The translations under genes were made by a program, and so were the position numbers. From an uncultured Chloroflexia bacterium (GTDB taxonomy: Bacteria; Chloroflexota; Limnocylindria; Limnocylindrales; CSP1-4): a DNA stretch of 64,000 nt. This document shows, one piece after another, positions 48,602 through 57,186 of the stretch; positions within the stretch are counted from its first letter, which is position 1; every line of letters begins with the position of its first letter. Below the pieces are notes generated by a model. The model worked only from the letters and a program-made list of their open reading frames with translations. It was not told the origin of the DNA and ran no database searches. Location: assembly GCA_963709605.1 (NCBI GenBank), contig CAVPWX010000020.1, forward strand, positions 401,337 to 465,336, read 5' to 3'.

Positions 48602-50471
48602 TCAGGCGACGAGCGCGGTGGGGGCGAGGGTTCGCTCGAGGAGCTCGGTCAGCCGGTCGAGGCCCATGACCTCGCCGTCGAGCAGGGGCACCTCGAGGAC
48701 CGGGACCGAGAAGCGCTGCTCGATGTCGGCGAGGTATGACTGCTGCATGTTCCAGCGCGCCCGCGAGTACGGCGTCTGCAGGGCATCGTCGGGCAGGACC
48801 ATGTTGGCGACGACGAGTCCCAACGGGATCCCGAGCGATTCCAGCTCGGCGATGGCGCGCGTTGCCTCGACGATCGGCGTTGCCTCCGGGTACATCACGA
48901 AGGCGAACGTGCTCTCGGCCGGGTCGCGCATCATCTCGATGACCCGGCTGAACTGGGCCTTCGCGACGTCGTCGGCGGCGGCCGTGTCGACCGAGGCGAA
49001 GACCTTGATGTCGATCTGGCGGCTCCAGTCGATGGGGAGCTCGAGCAGCCGCAGGGTGTGGCCCGTCGGCGCCGTGTCGAAGACGGTGACGTCGAACGCG
49101 TCGCGGCTGGCCAGCTCGATGAACTGGTCGAACGCCGCCATCTCCTCGGTGCACGGCGAGTCGAGCTCCTCGCGCATCGCGGCGATCGAGGCCGGGCTCC
49201 GGCCGCGCGCGACCGCGTCGGCAATGATCCGATCGGTGTAGGCGATGGCCGCGGCCTTGGCGTCGACGCGGGCCGCCCAGAGGCCGTCCACGCCGTCCAC
49301 CGGCGCGGGCTCCGTCCCGACCGTCGCGCCGAGGACCTGCCCGATGTGGGCCGCGGGATCGGTCGTCACCAGGAGGGTGCGATGACCCTGGCGCGCCGAC
49401 CAGAGGGCGGTGGCGCAGGACGCGACCGTCTTGCCGACGCCGCCCTTGCCGGCAAAGAAGATCGTCCGAGGGCTCCCGTTCGGCAGGAGCGCCGCCGCCA
49501 CGGCCGCCTCGTCGTCGCGCGTCGCCCGCGTCGACCCGCGGTCCGCATGGCCGAAGGCCGGCCTCGTGGCGTGCTCGTCGGCGAGGAGCGGGACCAGGGC
49601 CCGCAGCCGCGCGATCCCGCGGACCTCGCCGTCGAGGAGCGGGACGCGCCGGGTCGGCATCGGCAGCTGGCGCGCGATCTCGGCGAGGTAGCGCTCCTGC
49701 ATCGCGATGCGGGCAGCGAAGAACGGGGTCGAGGCCTCCTCGGCGGGCAGGATCCCGTTGACGATGAGCTCCGTCGTGACGATCCCGAGGCGGGCCAGCT
49801 CGGCGCCGGCGCGCCGCGTCTCGGCGATCGCGGTCGCCTCTGGATGGAGCACGAACGCGAACCGTGTCAGCGACTGGTCGCGCAGCGCGGCAAGTGCCCG
49901 CTCGTACTTGACCTTCGCCTCGGCGATGGCCGCCGCGGGGCCGATGCACGTCTGGCCGGCGCCCGCGTCGGCCTGCGAGATGCTCTTCGACCACGCCTCG
50001 GGCAGCTCGAGCAGGCGCACCGTGTGGCCGGTCGGCGCCGTGTCGAAGATCACCAGGTCGAAGCCGGGCGCCGGTGGGCGGCGCTGCGGGGGCCGGCGCC
50101 GTCGGGTCGAGGAAGTCGGCGAACCGATCGAAGGCTGCGACCTCCGCGGTGCAGGGCCCGGCGAGCTGCTCCTCCATGACCCGCACGATCTCCGGCGGGA
50201 AGATCTCGCGGATCGGGGCGAGCGTCCGGTCGGTGTACTCGGCAGTCGCACGGTCGGGGTCGATCTCCATCGCCGACAGGCTCGGCACGCCCACGATCCG
50301 GGTGATCGCGTGGCCGATGGGCTGCTCGAACACGTCCGCGAGGTTGGATGCCGGGTCCGTCGTCACGATCAGGACGCGCGTGCCGGCATCGGCCTCCGCG
50401 ACCGCGGTCGTGCAGGCCATCGTCGTCTTGCCGACGCCGCCCTTGCCGGAGAAGAAGAGGAACTGGGTCAC
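48602..50471 (-). CDS. arsA: Arsenite-stimulated ATPase ArsA (apparent frameshift near 50100)
   Basis: Two halves, each with a P-loop (GKGGVGKTT, GKGGVGKTV) and the DTAPTGHT signature. Cys are present at the expected metalloid-site positions (GPCTAEVAAFDRF, GQTCIGP, SPCTEEMAAFDQF). Confidence 0.8.
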
Positions 50472-50498
50472 CGCGGATCCTTTCGGGAGCGCTGCGGC

Positions 50499-50834
50499 TC
50501 AGGCGTTGCTGGTGAGCTCGGCGCGGAGCTCGTCGAGGGTTGGGTAGGCGTCGGTCTTCACGATGCGTCCGCCCATCACGGTGATCGGCAGGACCTCGAG
50601 CTGGCGCTCCTTGATCAGCTGGTAGACCTCGCGGTTGCGCATGAAGGCCTGGGGGTCCGCGGTCATCATGTGGCGGACCACCGTCCTGCCCTCGGCCTCG
50701 AGCGTGAAGACCGCCTCGCTCAGGTCGACGAGCGTCGTATCGAGCACGGGACCGCAAAGCCCCGTCGGGCAGCAGAGCGGCGGGTCGAAGATCTCGACGT
50801 CGGGGGTCGCGGGGCCGGACAGCTGATCACTCAT
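50499..50834 (-). CDS. arsD: Arsenical resistance operon metallochaperone/repressor ArsD
   Basis: MSDQLSG...IFDPPLCCPTGLCGP N-terminal vicinal Cys motif and a thioredoxin-like fold. 111 aa. Confidence 0.75.
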   Translation of the reverse strand: MSDQLSGPATPDVEIFDPPLCCPTGLCGPVLDTTLVDLSEAVFTLEAEGRTVVRHMMTADPQAFMRNREVYQLIKERQLEVLPITVMGGRIVKTDAYPTLDELRAELTSNA

Positions 50835-51102
50835 GGGACGCTTGCTCCTGTGGGTGGCGGAGTGGAGCCGGGGCGGCCGGCTGGGTGAGCACGAGAGGAT
50901 CGACCGGTGAACGTGCCGCGGCCCGGGCGGCGTCAGCCGCGCTCCTGCCGCGGACCAGGTCACGGATGCGGTTGAACGCCAGCTCGAGGAGGGGCGTCTC
51001 GAAGAAGGGCCCGCAGGCACCTCCCGGGCAGCACGTCGGCTCAGCGAGTAGGTCGGTATCGGTCGCTCGGGGGTTGTCGGTCGCGTCATGCATGTAGAGC
51101 AT
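50827..51102 (-). CDS. ArsD-like N-terminal paralog (truncated or degraded)
   Basis: Contains TCCPGGACGP and LELAFNRIRDL, but the C-terminal half does not resemble ArsD. It overlaps the arsD start. Confidence 0.45.
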   Translation of the reverse strand: MLYMHDATDNPRATDTDLLAEPTCCPGGACGPFFETPLLELAFNRIRDLVRGRSAADAARAAARSPVDPLVLTQPAAPAPLRHPQEQASHE

Positions 51103-51403
51103 CCGACTGCAGAGCCTCGGCGACGGCGCGCTCGATGGCGGAGACGTTGAGCTTCCCGCCGCTGAAGCGGCGGATCCCGTCGATCATCACGACCGGCGGA
51201 ACGGCCTCGCCGGCCGCGATCGCCGCCTCGACGTCCGGGTGTCGGGCCATCTCGGGACCGAAGAGCTCGGCGTACTCGAAGGCGACGGCCGGCCCGAACC
51301 GCTCGGCGAGGCGCCGCTCGACGAACGCCGCGGCCGCCCGCCACGTCTTCCCGGGGTCGCAGGCTGCCATGGGCACCCCTACCACGACGACCGTGCTGGT
51401 CAT
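51086..51403 (-). CDS. Small thioredoxin-fold-like protein (possibly YuzD/DUF1462-like), hypothetical
   Basis: MTSTVVVVGVPMAACDPGKTW...; weak pattern similarity to DUF1462 disulfide oxidoreductases. The ATG overlaps the arsR stop. Confidence 0.35.
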   Translation of the reverse strand: MTSTVVVVGVPMAACDPGKTWRAAAAFVERRLAERFGPAVAFEYAELFGPEMARHPDVEAAIAAGEAVPPVVMIDGIRRFSGGKLNVSAIERAVAEALQSDALHA

Positions 51404-51825
51404 CGCGAGACCTCCGCGGCCAGTGGCAGGCGCGACAGTGGCGACGGCTCGAGACCCGTCGTACTGCGGGAGCCGCAGTCGGTGCACAGGCAGGCCGTGG
51501 CCGCGTCGGTGGTGGGAGTGAGGAGATCGACGACCGCGGCCCGCAGCGCCTCGACCCGCTCGACGTCGAGGGAGTAGAAGACCCAGCGGCCGCTCCGCCG
51601 CTCGCGGAGCAGGCCAACGCCCCGCAGCGTCCGAAGGTGGTGCGAGACGAGTGCCGTGCTCATGCCGAGCGCGTCGCCGACGTCGCAGACGCAGTGCTCT
51701 CCGTGGGCGAGGAGGGCCACGATGCGGGCACGGTTCGGCTCCGCGACCGCCTGCAGGACGGCGAGCTGATCGTGCGCCAGAGGGAGTGCGATCCCGTGCG
51801 CGGGGTGGGCTTTCATGGCTCCCAT
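51400..51825 (-). CDS. arsR: ArsR/SmtB family As(III)-responsive repressor
   Basis: HTH plus the GEHCVCDV metal site, like ELCVCDL in R773 ArsR. A C-terminal extension carries CLCTDC. Confidence 0.75.
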   Translation of the reverse strand: MGAMKAHPAHGIALPLAHDQLAVLQAVAEPNRARIVALLAHGEHCVCDVGDALGMSTALVSHHLRTLRGVGLLRERRSGRWVFYSLDVERVEALRAAVVDLLTPTTDAATACLCTDCGSRSTTGLEPSPLSRLPLAAEVSR

Positions 51826-51850
51826 TCTAACAACTGTTAGACCAACGTGT
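51826..51850. promoter_or_regulatory. ArsR-type operator candidate, ATTCTAAC-aact-GTTAGACCAAC (TCTAAC-N4-GTTAGA palindrome), abutting the arsR start
   Basis: Read directly. AT-rich. Near-identical to the site at 52907-52930. Confidence 0.5.
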
Positions 51851-51861
51851 GTTTGACGGAA

Positions 51862-52083
51862 TCATCCGCAGCATCCGGGCCCGCGATCCGGACCGCAGGC
51901 GAGCGAGGATGGGCGCCTGGCCTGGTGGACGATCGTCGCGAACGTCAGCCGCTGCCGGGCTTCCCGGCTCCCACATGCGGGGCATGTCGGTACCAGTCCG
52001 CCTTCGCGCTCGGCGATCGAGGCGCGAACCTCGAAGGCCTCGCCACAGCGTCGGCATTCGTAGTCGTACAGGGGCACGGTCAC
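51862..52083 (-). CDS. FmdB-family zinc-ribbon protein with an extra C-terminal Cys tail
   Basis: PLYDYECRRCGEAFEV...CPACGS, then ...ACGPDRGPGCCG. Confidence 0.5.
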   Translation of the reverse strand: MTVPLYDYECRRCGEAFEVRASIAEREGGLVPTCPACGSREARQRLTFATIVHQARRPSSLACGPDRGPGCCG

Positions 52084-52153
52084 ACTCCTCCCCGCCGCCG
52101 GACGCATGGCGCGTCATCCTCGCGGCGGATTCCGCTCCGCCCGTCGCGTGCTC

Positions 52154-52843
52154 TCACGTGCTGACCACCATGAACGCCTCCGCCAGGCGCCCGTTCGGGA
52201 GCCCGCCCTCGGCGGCCAGGTCGACCAGGCGGGCAGTGACGCTGCGCTCCAGGTCGGTCATCTGGTCGGTCTGGCTGTGGTGCTCGCGCAGTGCCGCAAG
52301 CCTCCGATCGATGGTGCCGGTGACGTCCACCCAGTGGTTGGGCGTCGGCGCGCCGAAAAGCCAGGCCTCGGGCACCTCCCACTCGACGAGGCCCTCGTGC
52401 CGGGCGAGGGTCGGGTGCGCCAGGGGGTTGCGGGCGTCGGGGTAGATCGCGGCGATCGACGCCTCACCCGCGGCGATGTGGTCGGGGTGAAGCTCGCAGA
52501 TGCGACGCCAGTTGCGCTCGGGCGAGTGAATGAGCATGCGCTGCGGTCGCACCTGGCGGATGACCCGGGTGATGTCGCGGCGCAGCTCCATGGTGGCGAC
52601 CAGCTCTCCGTCACGATAGCCGAGGAAGCGCACGTCGCGGACGCCGAGGACGGCGGCGGCCGCCACCTGCTCCCGCCGCCGCCGGGCAGCCACGTCGGCA
52701 CGGGTGGCGGCACGATCGACGCCGCCGGCGTCGCCGTCGGTGATGACGCAGTAGGTGACCGCGATGCCGGCGTCCGTCAGCAACGCCACCGTCCCGCCGG
52801 CGCTGAAGTCGACGTCGTCGGGGTGCGCGGCGACGACGAGCAC
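52154..52843 (-). CDS. PIG-L/LmbE-family N-acetylglucosaminyl deacetylase (MshB/Mca-like)
   Basis: VLVVAAHPDDVDF and PIG-L fold motifs. GTG start at 52843. Confidence 0.7.
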   Translation of the reverse strand: MLVVAAHPDDVDFSAGGTVALLTDAGIAVTYCVITDGDAGGVDRAATRADVAARRRREQVAAAAVLGVRDVRFLGYRDGELVATMELRRDITRVIRQVRPQRMLIHSPERNWRRICELHPDHIAAGEASIAAIYPDARNPLAHPTLARHEGLVEWEVPEAWLFGAPTPNHWVDVTGTIDRRLAALREHHSQTDQMTDLERSVTARLVDLAAEGGLPNGRLAEAFMVVST

Positions 52844-52906
52844 GCGCTCGATCGAGCCCGGATTTCAGCATGGCAGGGCGGTCCCACGCGACGAGTGGTG
52901 GTCCAT

Positions 52907-52930
52907 GACGTTTATTCTAACCAAGGTTAG
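52907..52930. promoter_or_regulatory. Second ArsR-type operator candidate, ATTCTAAC-caag-GTTAGTACAAC, upstream of the PIG-L gene
   Basis: Read directly. 19 of 23 positions match the site at 51826-51850. Confidence 0.45.
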
Positions 52931-52961
52931 TACAACATGAGTTTGAGAACTTCGGCCCCTT

Positions 52962-52981
52962 GCCCGGGGCCGAACGGCCCG
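52962..52981. terminator. GC-rich hairpin CGGCCCC-ttgcc-CGGGGCCG immediately after the truncated acr3 ORF
   Basis: Read directly. There is no U-tract, which is common for actinobacterial terminators. Confidence 0.3.
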
Positions 52982-52992
52982 TACCCCGCTCC

Positions 52993-53262
52993 TCACCGTC
53001 GCCAGGCCGCGCCCGATCGCACGGCACGCAGCGTGCTCGCCGACACGACCGTCCAGGCGACGGCCTCGAAGCGGACGTTGACCATCATCGGGTAGATGAT
53101 CATGAAGACCGCGGCCGTCGTGACGCCGCCGAGGAGCCCGGCCTGGCTCGTCGCGAACCCGGCAAGCGCGTTCCCGGCCAGCAGGCCGACCACGATGGCC
53201 AGGCTCACGTAGGCCAGCATCCAGCGGTTGAGATGCTCCTGGAGGGAGCGGATCCGGGTCAT
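52993..53262 (-). pseudogene. N-terminal fragment (about 85 aa) of an ACR3-family arsenite efflux permease, terminated by a stop. The remaining roughly 270 codons are absent.
   Basis: MTRIRSLQEHLNRWMLAYVSLAIVVGLL...MIIYPMMVNVRFEAV resembles the ACR3 N-terminus (...MYPPLAKVRYEEL). No continuation in any frame; the PIG-L gene follows. Confidence 0.55.
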
Positions 53263-53650
53263 CGCGCTGCGGCCGGCGTCGCCGTCACCGTGGCCCCGCT
53301 GATCCGTTCGCGGAACACATCGTGCCCGGGCTGGCTGGGGCGGGTCGGACATGGTGCGCCTTCTTCGTTGTCGTCCGTGTGGGGGATGGGCCGGCTCGTG
53401 CTCGGTCCATTTATCTCACCGTGAACTGTGTTATTATGCCCCAAGAGATCCCTCTGCCGTCGGTCACCTCGTTGGGTGCTGATCGGCCTACCGGAACAGG
53501 ACATGCGGGACGGACCCGGCGAGCACACCGCTGAGCTGAGCGGCTCGCCGGCACCGTCGATCGCTGGAGCGGCCGGGATCTCGTTCCAACGCCCAGGCCC
53601 AGCCTCCCTACCCGAGCCTCGCCGCCTCAGCGTTTCAGACAGGTGGCACG

Positions 53651-54689
53651 TCAGCCCGTCGATGCAGCCCGGTGCCCGGCGTGCCGCTCCGCCACGATCT
53701 CGGCCAGGATGCCGAGCGCGATGTCGGCCGGCGTGTGGCCCCCCAGGTCGAGCCCGACCGGGGCGTGGATCCGGGCCAGCTGGGCGTCGTCGAGCCCCGC
53801 CTCGCGCAGGCGCGCCAGCCGCTGGCCATGGGTCCGCCGGCTCCCGAGCGCGCCGACGTAGAAGGCGCCCCGCCGCAGGGCGGTGATGATCGCCGGGTCG
53901 TCGATCTTCGGGTCATGGGCCACGGCCACGACGTGGGCGGCCGCGTCGATGCCGGCCCGGTCGGCGAGCTCGTCGGCCCAGCCGAGCAGCAGCTGGTCGG
54001 CGTCGGGGAACCGCTCACGGGTCAGGAACGCGGCCCGGGGGTCCACCACGACCGTCTGCAGACCGATCGCGTGGGCCAGGCGGACCAGGTAGACGGCGAT
54101 CTCGCCGGCCCCCGCGATGATGAGGCGGGCGGCGGCGAGCATCTCGAGGAAGACGTCGCGCCCGCCGGCCCGGACGATGCGGGAGGCGCCGGCACGGAGG
54201 GCGTCCCGGGCAAGGTCCGCGAGCTCGGCGTCGGCCGCCACGTCGCCAAGAGAGCCGGAGCGGATCCCCGCCGGCGTCGAGGACGACACGCTCCACGTCG
54301 GCGGCCTGCCGACCAGCCGGGAGCGGGGTGGCGATCAGCAGCGCCCGGCCCTCCCCTGCCGCGTCGAGGACCACGTCGGGCAGGACCGGCTCGACGAGGA
54401 CGTCGATCTCGCCGCCGCAGGTGAGGCCCACCTCGGCGGCCCGCTCGTCGGTGACCCCGTAGCGCACCAGCTCGCGATAGCCGCCGCGCCGGGCAGCCTG
54501 GACGGCCTCCGCCGCGGCGCCCTCGACGCAGCCCGCGGAGACGCTCCCGGCAAGCCGGCCGTCGTCGGCGGCAAGGAGGGTGCTGCCGATCTCGAAGGGG
54601 GCCGACCCGACGGACCGGACGAGCGTCGCCCGGCCGAACCCCACCCCCTCGGCTCGCCAGCGAGCGCCGGTCGCCAGGACGTCCCTCAC
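53651..54689 (-). CDS. XdhC/CoxI-family accessory protein (apparent frameshift near 54270)
   Basis: XdhC N-terminal domain (ORF 54015..54689) and Rossmann-like C-terminal domain (ORF 53651..54289, LIIAGAGEIAVYLVRLA). Confidence 0.7.
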
Positions 54690-54726
54690 GGCGCCCCGGC
54701 GCTCGAGAAGGCCGCCCAGCCGGTGT

Positions 54727-55078
54727 TCATCGCGCGTTCTCCTCGGCGTCGAGCACCTCTAGCGCCCACCCGTAGGCGGCCACGCTGGCCGGGAATCCGG
54801 CGGTGGGGATCGCCAGCACGATCGCGTGGAGCAGCTCCTCCCGCGTCAGCCCCTCGGCGAGCCCGCGCCGCACGTGCGAGCGCACGGCGCCCTCCGACGC
54901 CAGGCCGATGGCGATGCCGAGCTTCACCAGGCGCTGCTCGCGGGCGCCCAGCGGCCCGGCCTCGCGAACGCGAGCGGCGAGGCCCTCGTACGCCTCGACC
55001 ACGTCGGGCAGGTCGCGCCGGACCTGCTGGTAGATGCGGGGCGTGTACCCCGGTTCCTTCGACCCGTCGTCCACCATC
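54727..55078 (-). CDS. Carboxymuconolactone decarboxylase (AhpD-like) family protein
   Basis: AhpD-like core pattern (EQRLVKLGIAIGLASEGAVRSHV). ATG at 55078 with a GGGAG RBS. Confidence 0.7.
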
Positions 55079-55179
55079 GTGTCTCCCTGGGATCCGGCCC
55101 CTCGCCGCCACGGCAGCGCCATGCGCGTCGACCACGATGGTACCGCGCACGCCGACCCGGCCGGTCGGGGCCGCGCAGT

Positions 55180-56710
55180 TCACGTGAGCGACGGAAACAG
55201 CGTCCGGTCGGTGTGCGGCAGGAAGAGCGCCGCCGTGTACTCGTCGAAGTAGCGCGGCTCGACGGTCAGCTCGAGGCAGGTGATCGACGAGGCGATCTCT
55301 CGCGCGCGCCGCCACGCCGCGCGCGAGAGAAGCGCTGCATGCGCGCCCGCCAACGAGCTGTTGCCGATGAACTGGATCCGCTCGCGCGGGATGTCGGGCA
55401 GGAGCCCGATCCGTACTGCCTGCTCGATCTCCAGCGATTGGCCGAAGTTGCCGGCGATGAAGACTCGCTCCACGTCAGCAAACGCCAGGCCCGCGTTCGC
55501 AAGCAAGATTTCGCGAACCCGCGTAGAGGGCGGCCTTGTCGCGAATGAGGTTCGCAATGTCGCCCTGCCGCAGCGCGATGTCGCGCCCGACGGCTGTCTC
55601 GTTCGCCGAAGCCAGAACGACCTCGGCGTATCCTTCGCGGCGACGCACGCTGGGCGCGGCGAGGTCGACCTTGCCGGCGCGGTCGATAGCGCCGACCTGG
55701 AGGAACGCGCCGAGCGCCTCGATGAGCCCAGAACCACAGATCCCCCGAGGCGGCTGGCCGCCAACGGTGGCATAGGCGAGACGACCATCGTCGGCCCAGA
55801 CGCGGTCGATCGCGCCGGGTAGCGCTGCCATCCCCCACTCGAGACCGCACCCCTCGAACGCGGAGCCAGCAGAACCTGAGCATGCCATCAGGAATTCGCG
55901 GTTGCCCAGTACCGTCTCGCCATTGGTGCCGATGTCGATCAGGATGGAAAGCGGTTCCTCGTCCGCGATCCGTGTCGAGAGCAGGCCGCCGGTTACGTCG
56001 CCGCCCACGTAGCCGCTCGCCGCCGGGAGGAGATAGAGCGGCGCGCCTTCGCCGACGTTCAATCCCACTTGGGCGACGTCGAGAACCGGAAACGCGGTGG
56101 CCGCCGGCACGTATGGCTCCCGGCGGATACTGCCGGGGTCGAGGCCAAGGAGCAGGTGCATCATGACGGTGTTGCCCGCCATGGCCACCGCCGCGATGTC
56201 GTCCTGGCCGACCCGCGCCTCGGCGCCCAGCGCCGCCACGAGCTCGTTCAGTGAGTCGAGAGCCGCCTGGCGCAGCGCTTCGAGCCCACCCGGTTCCTCG
56301 GCGTGCATCATCCGCGACGTGACGTCCATGCCGAAGATGCGCTGCCCGTTGTAGACGAGGTGAGATCCGAGGACCGCGCCCGATTCGATGTCGACCAGCT
56401 CTGCGACGACCATCGACGTGCCGAGGTCAACCGCGAGTCCCAGCGTGCGCGACGCTTCGCCGAGCGGTACGACGCGGACGACGCGCCACGTGTCGCCCAC
56501 ATCAGCCAGCGTCGCGTCGACCTGCCAGTCCCCGCGCCGCAGCGCTGGACCCAGGTCGCGCAGCACGGCCAGGGTCGGTTCAAGCGAACGGTCATCGAGC
56601 CGCGGCCGCAGCGTGCGCGCAACTCGTGCCCAGTCGCTCGTCGTATCGCTGAGCGAGGGTGGGTCGACCGTGAGAGACACCCGTTGCAGCAGAGCATCGT
56701 CCGCGCGCAT
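55180..56710 (-). CDS. ASKHA-fold DUF4445 protein (RACo-like putative corrinoid reductive activase without an N-terminal ferredoxin domain; apparent frameshift)
   Basis: LAVDLGTSMVVAEL, IDIGTNGETVLG and GICGSGLIEALG motifs match the RACo C-terminal ATPase. The C-terminus is in ORF 55180..55788. Confidence 0.55.
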
Positions 56711-56937
56711 CTGCATCTCCTTGGATCTCCGCGACACCCGCTCCGTCGTCATCGGGAGCCTGCAGTTGGCGTTCGCCATGGCGTCGTCGACCGCGCCGAC
56801 GCCCAATGCTGTCCGAGGCTTCTTGCCGGGCGCGCGGGACTGCGGCATCCTGAACCGTGGCGGGCGCTTCGCCGTTCGTGATCCTAACCCGTCATGGTGC
56901 GGCCGACCTGCGAGGACGACCAGAGGGGAGAGCGCAC

Positions 56938-57105
56938 GTGGAACCGAAACTCGTCATCACCCTGGACGCGGAGGACCTGCAGGAGCTCGAGCGGATCCTG
57001 ATCGACCGGGACGCCAAGGACGCCCTCAGGTTCCTGGATGAGCGCATCGCCAAGAAGGTGAAGGTCGCGAACAGCCCCCACTGCAAGCCGCCCTTCGACG
57101 GCTGA
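56938..57105 (+). CDS. Small hypothetical protein (55 aa)
   Basis: A GTG with a GAGGGGAG RBS, and a conserved-looking ...ITLDAEDLQELERILIDRDAKDALRFL. Speculative. Confidence 0.3.
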   Translation: MEPKLVITLDAEDLQELERILIDRDAKDALRFLDERIAKKVKVANSPHCKPPFDG

Positions 57106-57186
57106 GCTCGACAGGAGGCGAATGGCGCCCGGCTGTCGATCATCCAACGTCCCCGATGGCGTCGCCCGGCGGCGAACAGGAGACCC

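Noticed and set aside
53352-53650. Possible riboswitch or small RNA in the 300-bp AT-richer non-coding stretch
   Set aside because: I could not recognise a B12 box (GCCACTG), a Moco motif, or any other riboswitch core. It is kept only as a probable orphaned acr3 promoter region.
56711-56937. Possible cobalamin riboswitch between the divergent RACo-like operon and the MtrA-like gene
   Set aside because: No B12-box or conserved cobalamin-riboswitch stem pattern is visible, so it is treated as an ordinary divergent promoter region.
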